In this document: positions 50,482-57,245 of the stretch, in pieces | Layout: each line of letters starts with the position of its first letter | How positions within the stretch are numbered: the stretch's first letter is position 1 | Virus record (IMG/VR): IMGVR_UViG_3300017927_000001 | Length of the DNA: 64,000 bases | Strand: one strand, 5' to 3' | Source of the DNA: a virus | The notes under the pieces: generated by a model | What the model was told of the DNA's origin: nothing | Databases searched by the model: none | The model's input: only the letters and a program-made list of their open reading frames with translations | Made by a program: the position numbers and the translations under genes

Positions 50482-53268
50482 TCAGGCGTGACGAAGGCGC
50501 GCGGCGTCGGGGAACTGCTTGGCGAAGGCTTCCGGATCGTCCGGCGAGGCCGAGCTGTCGGAGGCCAGACGCAGATCCGCGCGGGGCTTCGGCAGGTGCT
50601 CCAGGATCGTTCGGAACGCGCTCGGGTGGACGTTCTTGGTCTTGACGCCCATGATCTTCAGGGCCTCCTTGTAAACGTCCTCGGCGCTGTCGAACGCCAT
50701 CGTCATCTTGCCGACGAGCGGCTGAACGAAGGTTTCAGCATCCGCGATCTCACGCATCCGGGCCACGGTGGCGTCGGTCGCGTTCTTGGTTGCCGCCTGT
50801 ACGGCTGCGGCAATGGCCGCGTCCATCGCGGGCTTCGTCACCATCTGCGGTTCCTCCTTCTTGACTGGCGCGGCGGGTTGCGCCGGACCTCCCGGGGGTT
50901 GATCGGCTGCCGGCTTCGCGGCGGGGGCTGCGGCTGCGGGGGCGGCAGGAGCTGCGGGATGCAGAGCCTTCAGCTTCTCCGCGATTGCTGCGCACAGTTC
51001 CGGAGGCATGTGCGCCTTGCAGATCTCAAGGATCTCCGCGAGCGGGTTGGGAGCCGCTGCGGCGGGCGCAGCCGGCGCGGCTGGCGCTGCCGGGTGGGTC
51101 GCGACGGCTCCCGGAATGTCCGTGTCCTTGCCTTCGGACTGGGCCAGCGCGTCGGCGGGATCCTCGACTGTGGTTTCGCCGTCGTCCTGCGCGATCTTGG
51201 CCTTCCCCTTGTCCAGACCGTTCAGCAGCTTGGTCAGCGCGGGGAATTCGTCCTGGGCCAGCTTGGATTTGAGGGCCGCGAGGATCTTCGGCTTCTCGGT
51301 GGACCAGTTATCGGAGGCCACGTTCTTGAGCAGGACCTTCAGCTCCTTGCCGGTCGGAGGCTTCGCATCCGCCGCGAGCTTGGGCTTCGCGGTTTTGAAG
51401 TAGGCGCTCAGCGCGCCCATCGCGAGCATCCCCTTGCGGGACAAGGCTTCTCGCTTTACGCTTGCTTCAGGCATCTTCGTTCCTTTCGGTTTTGAGTCTC
51501 CAACCACAACGTCAGGACCGGCGCGGCCGTCCGGCACTAGAGCAACGTGATTACCGCGAATGTTCCGCATGACCCCATCGTAGGGCTCGCCTTCGAAGGT
51601 TCCCGGAGTCATATCGGCTTGATAGTGGTAGGCGCAGGATAGTTGTTTCTTCTCCCCGGATTGGATGCCTGTGATTGCGTCCTTGCTCCAGAAGACAAGC
51701 GAGTTCCGCAGGTAAGGCGATTGGAATTCACAATCGGTCCCGGTGGAACCGATCACCAAGTCGGGCCGGTGCGCGTCTGCCGTCACCGGCACATGCTGAG
51801 AGAGGATGGGGAGGTTGTTGAAGGTGGAGGCTGCCTTCTCGAGTTCGGCAGGGTCCCTGAGCATTCGGTACTTCTTGCGCGGGTCGAGGCCCATCTCCTC
51901 CCCGCCATTGACCTCGAACCCGTAGTATTCGCAGATGTTCGACTTGCTGATGTTTGAGGAGTCGACGTGCAGCCGGCCATCCTGGTCAAAGCGCCGCAGA
52001 GACTTGAGATCGAAAGCGAGGGAGTCCTGCGCGTAGTCCGAGTATTCCCCGGATTCCCCATCAGCGTATTGCTTCACCCTGATATTTACATGGGTGACTT
52101 CCCCGCCCTTTGTTCCCTTTGTTGTGTTCCGACCAACAATTTGATACGTTGTACCACGAGGAAGAAGCACCTCGTCCTCTTCCTTCATACCTCTGTACTC
52201 TTTGCTCTTTGGCGCCCTCACGCCCCGCGCATTAATAGGAGTCTCTAGGTGCAGCACTAGACCACCACTGGAAAACTGAACCGTCTTTCCAGTCTTCGGG
52301 TGGGCCACATTGCCCCCAACCGAGGAAGTGAATCTGGAAGCTACTCCCTCCTTCGTTGAAGTTGCCGTGAACCCCGGATCAACGAACTCCTTGACCTTCT
52401 TGTTGAGGAGAAGCTGGCGACCGAAGTTTGATACTGGATCTACCCCGTAATGCAGGGTCCTTGCCCTCGACAGTCTCTGGCTGGTTTTTTCGTCGAGGAA
52501 TGAAACGGTTGCCTTCTCAGCCTTGGTGAGAGATCTACCATGACGAAGAGCAGAGGAGACGTGGGCTCCTTCGCCATCTTGGTAGGATTTCCATTGCTTT
52601 GCTTCTTCTGGGGAGGAGCCACCGCCTCCCCCCGAAGCGAACTCCCCTTCCTTGTTTCTTGGATGTTCTGACTCCACGAACTTGCCGGCGTCCTCTGCGA
52701 GATCCTTTCCCTCCTCTATGCTGTGGTGATCCGGGTTGAGTTCCGCGCTCTTGCCCTTCACAATCTCCTCGCACGTCTGGCGCACGCCCGGGAGCAGCGG
52801 TTCGGGGGGCTGATCCAGCGGAGCCCATATCCAGTCGGAGTGCTCCGACTCGTCCAGCTCCGGCTCGAACTCCTCATCCACCGCTTGCAGGAACGTGATG
52901 AAGTTCACGCCCTCGTCGCTGATGAAATCGGTAACGAGGATGAGTGGGGACTCGCTCTCGGGTATGTCCCCGACCTCCTCAATGGCCTCGCGCCGCGCAG
53001 TTTCGATGGGGCTTTCGTGTTCTTCGTGGTGCCCTCCAGGGAAGTCCCAGCTTCCTGGATGTCGTGCTGTGTGCGCCCGCTTGAGGAAGAGTGCCTTGCC
53101 GTCCTCCGTGACAAAGGCGATGCCGGCGCCTTTGAGCTTGATGTTCTTGTCTTCGCTGTAGCCGGCAGCGTGGGCCGCTGCCGCTTGCCTCTCAGCGCCG
53201 GCCCTATCGGGGTAGACCTTACCGTGGGTCCCCCATTGGTACCCTCCTTCGACTTTGCGGATGGGCAT
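50482..53268 (-). CDS. multidomain head protein: Nudix hydrolase + ADP-ribosyltransferase-like domain + DUF2213-type prohead protease/scaffold + Ala/Pro-rich scaffold tail
   Basis: Nudix box GGHHEEHESPIETARREAIEEVG (aa 78-100). ART-like segments KSYQDGEGAHVSSALRHG, FTATST and KEEDEVLLPRG (aa ~225-400). DUF2213-like segments LPILSQHVPVTADAH...RGNHVALVPDGRAG (aa ~420-590). HPAAPAAPAA repeats near the C-terminus. Confidence 0.8.
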   Translation of the reverse strand: MPIRKVEGGYQWGTHGKVYPDRAGAERQAAAAHAAGYSEDKNIKLKGAGIAFVTEDGKALFLKRAHTARHPGSWDFPGGHHEEHESPIETARREAIEEVGDIPESESPLILVTDFISDEGVNFITFLQAVDEEFEPELDESEHSDWIWAPLDQPPEPLLPGVRQTCEEIVKGKSAELNPDHHSIEEGKDLAEDAGKFVESEHPRNKEGEFASGGGGGSSPEEAKQWKSYQDGEGAHVSSALRHGRSLTKAEKATVSFLDEKTSQRLSRARTLHYGVDPVSNFGRQLLLNKKVKEFVDPGFTATSTKEGVASRFTSSVGGNVAHPKTGKTVQFSSGGLVLHLETPINARGVRAPKSKEYRGMKEEDEVLLPRGTTYQIVGRNTTKGTKGGEVTHVNIRVKQYADGESGEYSDYAQDSLAFDLKSLRRFDQDGRLHVDSSNISKSNICEYYGFEVNGGEEMGLDPRKKYRMLRDPAELEKAASTFNNLPILSQHVPVTADAHRPDLVIGSTGTDCEFQSPYLRNSLVFWSKDAITGIQSGEKKQLSCAYHYQADMTPGTFEGEPYDGVMRNIRGNHVALVPDGRAGPDVVVGDSKPKGTKMPEASVKREALSRKGMLAMGALSAYFKTAKPKLAADAKPPTGKELKVLLKNVASDNWSTEKPKILAALKSKLAQDEFPALTKLLNGLDKGKAKIAQDDGETTVEDPADALAQSEGKDTDIPGAVATHPAAPAAPAAPAAAAPNPLAEILEICKAHMPPELCAAIAEKLKALHPAAPAAPAAAAPAAKPAADQPPGGPAQPAAPVKKEEPQMVTKPAMDAAIAAAVQAATKNATDATVARMREIADAETFVQPLVGKMTMAFDSAEDVYKEALKIMGVKTKNVHPSAFRTILEHLPKPRADLRLASDSSASPDDPEAFAKQFPDAARLRHA

Positions 53269-53283
53269 CCTACAGCTCCAAGG

Positions 53284-53643
53284 TCACAGAATGTTAGTGA
53301 CGTTGAACACCGTGGGGTTTCCGCTGGACGTGCAGGTGACGGAGTCTCCCGGACGTAAAAGGAAAGTGCCCGCTGTCTGCCCTGTGACCCCGCCTGCACT
53401 GAGCGAGATTGCAGATACGGTGCCCCCGCTGATGGTCACTGCTTGAAGGTACGGTCCCGGGTTCGTGTACGGCTGGCCGGTGCCCGGATATCCAGTCGCT
53501 GCGGTCGCGCTGTTCTGATTCGGCCGCGCGTTCGCATTGGTATATGCCGTGAGCGCGTTTGCAAGGGACTGGATAGCGGCAGCAGTCGCTCCCATGTCCC
53601 CCTGAGCAATGGACGCTAACTGCTGCTGCGTCAAGTTGGGCAT
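53284..53643 (-). CDS. hypothetical protein, paralog A of a tandem pair (119 aa)
   Basis: The C-terminus TISGGTVSAISLSAGGVTGQTAGTFLLRPGDSVTCTSSGNPTVFNVTNIL is nearly identical to that of the neighbouring gene. Confidence 0.6.
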   Translation of the reverse strand: MPNLTQQQLASIAQGDMGATAAAIQSLANALTAYTNANARPNQNSATAATGYPGTGQPYTNPGPYLQAVTISGGTVSAISLSAGGVTGQTAGTFLLRPGDSVTCTSSGNPTVFNVTNIL

Positions 53644-53653
53644 GATCTCTACC

Positions 53654-53992
53654 TCAGATCATGTTGGTGACGTTGAACACCGTGGGATTGCCGGACGAGG
53701 TGCAGGTGATTGAGTCTCCCGGCGCCAGAAGGAACTGTCCGGATGTGAGCCCGGTCACACCTCCACGCGACAGCGTTATCACGGTGACCGTGCCCCCGCT
53801 GATGGTGACCGTTTGGAGGAACGAGGTGTTGTTCGTGTATGCGGTTCCGCTGCCGGGATAGGAGACGGCGGTCGCGGCGGAACTCTGAGCCCCGCGCAAT
53901 TGTTGCGCCAGCACGTTCGCGAGTACGTCAAAGTCTCCGGCCGCGATTGCGTTGATCATCTGGGCCGTGAGTGCGGGATTGAGCGTTGACAT
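53654..53992 (-). CDS. hypothetical protein, paralog B of a tandem pair (112 aa)
   Basis: C-terminus TISGGTVTVITLSRGGVTGLTSGQFLLAPGDSITCTSSGNPTVFNVTNMI. DNA identity to paralog A is visible at 53287-53350 versus 53660-53722. Confidence 0.6.
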   Translation of the reverse strand: MSTLNPALTAQMINAIAAGDFDVLANVLAQQLRGAQSSAATAVSYPGSGTAYTNNTSFLQTVTISGGTVTVITLSRGGVTGLTSGQFLLAPGDSITCTSSGNPTVFNVTNMI

Positions 53993-54013
53993 TGTTTCGT
54001 CTCCTTCGATGGG

Positions 54014-54277
54014 TTAAGCGACTCTCGCGACAGGCAGACCGTCTTGATTTCGTGTGATGGACAATCCGAGGTCCGGGTGATGTCCTGGGTAGCACATGGC
54101 GCCGGACTCCGCGAAGTAGAGAAGCATGACCTGGACGTCGATGCGCCACTGCTCCAGAGCCCGCTTGACGTACTCGGCTTGCGCGAGGGCGGTTGCCACG
54201 GCTGAGGAAGCCGGAGTCGGACGCGTCGCGCGCCTTTGTCGCCGGTTGTTGAACTGATGAACACTCGCCGAACTCAT
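54014..54277 (-). CDS. hypothetical protein (87 aa)
   Basis: ATGA-coupled to the upstream HTH gene. Confidence 0.5.
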   Translation of the reverse strand: MSSASVHQFNNRRQRRATRPTPASSAVATALAQAEYVKRALEQWRIDVQVMLLYFAESGAMCYPGHHPDLGLSITRNQDGLPVARVA

Positions 54278-54477
54278 GGCAGAAGTTGCTCCCTGACTTG
54301 GTTCAGAAATTTTACTATTTTGTCAACAGTCTGAGGGTGAAGAAAAGAGGTACCGTTCTTCGCATCCCTAATGGTCTGCTTGCACACCCCCGTCCCTCTG
54401 GAAAGGGCCTTGGTTGTGAATAGACCACTGCGAAGGATCTCCTCCACCCTCACCCGCTTCTCGTCTTTCGCTTTCAT
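54274..54477 (-). CDS. helix-turn-helix (Cro/C1/XRE-like) DNA-binding protein
   Basis: LFTTKALSRGTGVCKQTIRDAKNG is a classic HTH. I prefer ATG 54477 over the TTG at 54495. The gene lies in a short AT-richer tract (about 54280-54520) inside the head module. Confidence 0.65.
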   Translation of the reverse strand: MKAKDEKRVRVEEILRSGLFTTKALSRGTGVCKQTIRDAKNGTSFLHPQTVDKIVKFLNQVREQLLP

Positions 54478-54517
54478 TGTTTGCGCCTGATGCAAGGAAT
54501 GGATAACTTATTGGTCC

Positions 54518-54823
54518 CTACTGCTCCTCCATTGGAAGATCGCCTAGGAACCAGCCTAGTGTCTGCGCGTTGCGTCCACTTTCAGTTTTGATCTCGTCCT
54601 CTGACGCATCGCGATACTCCCAAGTGCCATCCGGGTACACCTCAACGAGCTGCCCGGTACCGGGACGCCCGCACAGGAAGCCGGTGCCTTCCGCCTGCAC
54701 GGTGCTGAACCCTTTTCGAACTGCCATGTTCACGGTCTGGTCCAGGATGGCTTTGTTCGCCGCTTCGACGGAGGCGAACAATCGAACACCGTCCTCCTCG
54801 TCAGTCACAAACTTGTTCTTCAC
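54518..54823 (-). CDS. hypothetical acidic protein (101 aa), ATGA-coupled to the MuF-ART gene
   Basis: Its start overlaps the stop of the ART-bearing gene. A role as an immunity or partner protein is only a positional inference. Confidence 0.55.
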   Translation of the reverse strand: MKNKFVTDEEDGVRLFASVEAANKAILDQTVNMAVRKGFSTVQAEGTGFLCGRPGTGQLVEVYPDGTWEYRDASEDEIKTESGRNAQTLGWFLGDLPMEEQ

Positions 54824-56904
54824 AGCACTACCTCCACATGAAGCCGCTTCACATGCCCGCTATTCGGGTCCTTGTCGACGGCAGTGATCTTGAACTTGGT
54901 GCCGTCTTGGAGCAGGGTCTCATCCTCGTGCTTATGATTGCTGATCGGCTGCAATCGAATCGCCTTGGTGCCGGGGGGCGCTGTGATGTCCATCACAAGG
55001 CTGCCCCATGTCGTGTTCGGTTTATGGCTGGTTGAGATGAAGCCCTTGTCCACGAGAACATGCCCCGGCTGAATGTCGTCTATTCCAGAAAGCCCGGCCT
55101 CCTTTGCCATCTTCCCTAATGCACTGCCACTGATGCCCCGATAGGCACGCATCGCTTTCTTGATCGGTGATATTGAGGCAAACGCCTTTTGGATATTCAA
55201 GATGTGCTTCTGGATATACTTGTCCACGGGTGGAGGCGGGTGGCCTCCACGCATCGCCGTGTTCATGTACTTGTATCCGGCTCCCGTGTAGGACTTGAGC
55301 GAGCTGATGATGTCCTCAGGCAGCGCGTGAGGCATCACAGCGCCCTTAGCGTGGAACTTGATCTTGCCCTTCTCCACAGGCTCGGTAGGCTGGTCCGCAG
55401 TCTTCTTCTGTTTGTAGCCCTTGATAACTCCAGCCTCTATCGCCTTGATGAGGTTCAGCGCGCCTTCTCCTGTTGTGATATTCTCCCACACCCCATCAAT
55501 CTTCTTCGAGATGCGCCACGTCCCGGTATCCGGCTTGTAGCTGACTTTTGAGCTTCCAGTTTTGAAGTAATGGATATCTCCGTAGACGCCCTCCGGGTCT
55601 ATGCCCTTGGCAGCAAGTCCCTTCTTGACGATCTCAAGCTTCTGCTCACTTGATAACTCCGCTTCCACTGGAGTAGGATCGGGCGGGGGCGGAGCGGCAT
55701 ACTTCTCGACGAACTTCTGAAGCTGCTCTGTCTCCGTAGAAGCCGGTTTTGCTTTCGGTCCCTTGGGAACCTTGGGAGCCTTGATGCCGTAGAACTTCTC
55801 CCAGCGATGGAAGTACAACTCCGCGGACGCCTTGTTGATGCCGGCTGCTACAGCTTGAGCGACGACCTCCTTCGTTGTGGCATAGCCCTCCTTCGAATTG
55901 CTGATTGTGTCCGCAATCTTCCACACGCTGGCACCCACGGTACCTTCCGTGGGCTTGGTATGCCCTCCGGAGATGGAGACGAACTTACCCTCTGCATCGC
56001 GCGGGTGCTTCCATTCTATCCAGGTGCCCTTGTCCATCGCGAGGCGCGGGCGCGCGATGCCTCGAGGACGGAAGTCGAGGCCCGGGATGACTGGCTTGCT
56101 CACGCACCGGCAGCCCGGCTCCGTACCGGGCCACACCCACTTCTTCTCGAGGTATGCACCCTGCGAGAGCTTAAACCGCCTGCCGCTGAAGGCAACGTGC
56201 TCCGGGCGCGGGTGCTTGCCGGCCCCGCTGTGCAACCACACGTTCTCCGTGATTCCGAGGGAAGTCTGGCGAGTGCGCGAGATCATTGCGGTGGCCTTAT
56301 TGTTCTGGTCCAGCGCAATGAACGAGGCACGTCTCCAAGTGCGCGCGAAGAAGGACTTGTCGGACTCTCCGGGCTTCTGACCCATGCCAATGCGCGCTAG
56401 ATCAACCTTCGGCCCCAACATGGTCACGAGGGAGGCAAGGTCCCGACCTGCCGTTACGGAGCGCATCACCGCGCCCTCTACCTGCGTGAAGTATTGGCTC
56501 GAGATAGACTTGATGAGAGAGACGTTTTCTCCGATGGTCGCCTGCAGAACGTCGTTGACCTCGCGGGATAGGTTGAACCGGACCGCGATGCCGTGTTTCT
56601 TCAGGATAGACTTCAGAGCCCCGTCGGCCCGCTTGTGCGCCGCGATGGCGAAGTGCTTGGCAAGGTCCACAGCGAGATCGTCGAAGCGCTTCTGCCAGCG
56701 GCCCGCCAGCTCCTGGAGCAGCTTGCGCAGCGTAGACGCGGGGGAAGCATCCATTGCCATCTCGGGGGGCTTGGCCCGGTAGGCAGCTTGGAGCCAGTAG
56801 ATGACAGAGTTGTGCATCTGGGCGATCATCGTCGCCAGTCGCAGGCGATAGTCCGCCTGTATTCCCTCGTTGGGGCGTATCGCCGCTGCGACTCGAGGCT
56901 TCAC
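54820..56904 (-). CDS. head morphogenesis protein (Mu gpF / SPP1 gp7 family) fused to a C-terminal ADP-ribosyltransferase domain
   Basis: MuF-like N-terminus (aa 1-280, e.g. NVWLHSGAGKHPRPEHVAFSGRRF...GCRCV). KHPRDAEGKF motif. C-terminal ART with the full R-S-ExE set: AYRGIS, GFISTSH, HEDETLL (aa ~530-694). Confidence 0.85.
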   Translation of the reverse strand: MKPRVAAAIRPNEGIQADYRLRLATMIAQMHNSVIYWLQAAYRAKPPEMAMDASPASTLRKLLQELAGRWQKRFDDLAVDLAKHFAIAAHKRADGALKSILKKHGIAVRFNLSREVNDVLQATIGENVSLIKSISSQYFTQVEGAVMRSVTAGRDLASLVTMLGPKVDLARIGMGQKPGESDKSFFARTWRRASFIALDQNNKATAMISRTRQTSLGITENVWLHSGAGKHPRPEHVAFSGRRFKLSQGAYLEKKWVWPGTEPGCRCVSKPVIPGLDFRPRGIARPRLAMDKGTWIEWKHPRDAEGKFVSISGGHTKPTEGTVGASVWKIADTISNSKEGYATTKEVVAQAVAAGINKASAELYFHRWEKFYGIKAPKVPKGPKAKPASTETEQLQKFVEKYAAPPPPDPTPVEAELSSEQKLEIVKKGLAAKGIDPEGVYGDIHYFKTGSSKVSYKPDTGTWRISKKIDGVWENITTGEGALNLIKAIEAGVIKGYKQKKTADQPTEPVEKGKIKFHAKGAVMPHALPEDIISSLKSYTGAGYKYMNTAMRGGHPPPPVDKYIQKHILNIQKAFASISPIKKAMRAYRGISGSALGKMAKEAGLSGIDDIQPGHVLVDKGFISTSHKPNTTWGSLVMDITAPPGTKAIRLQPISNHKHEDETLLQDGTKFKITAVDKDPNSGHVKRLHVEVVL

Positions 56905-57245
56905 GCAGTTACCTTGTCCGTGAGGTTGAGGAGAACAACCGCGTCCTTATTGTTCCCGGCCGAGTCCGTGAACTGCACATGAAGCGTGCAGATTATCCCG
57001 GCAAGATTCGGGGGGATGACTCCACCACTGATGTGAACCTGAACTACCGTGCCGGGTGGAGCTATAGTTCCATCCGGGTAGATGTTCTGGAGCGTATTGA
57101 TAATCGGGGAACCAAACTGCACCCCAACATCTGGGTCGCACAGTATCTGGTTCACCTGCGCAATGGTAGCCCCCGACGGCAGCAGATCCATGCAATTGAT
57201 GTCGTAGGGGCAGGAATCGTAGGTCCGCTTTTCCAGGCTGCTCAT
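56901..57245 (-). CDS. hypothetical protein (114 aa)
   Basis: ATGA-coupled at both ends. Confidence 0.5.
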   Translation of the reverse strand: MSSLEKRTYDSCPYDINCMDLLPSGATIAQVNQILCDPDVGVQFGSPIINTLQNIYPDGTIAPPGTVVQVHISGGVIPPNLAGIICTLHVQFTDSAGNNKDAVVLLNLTDKVTA

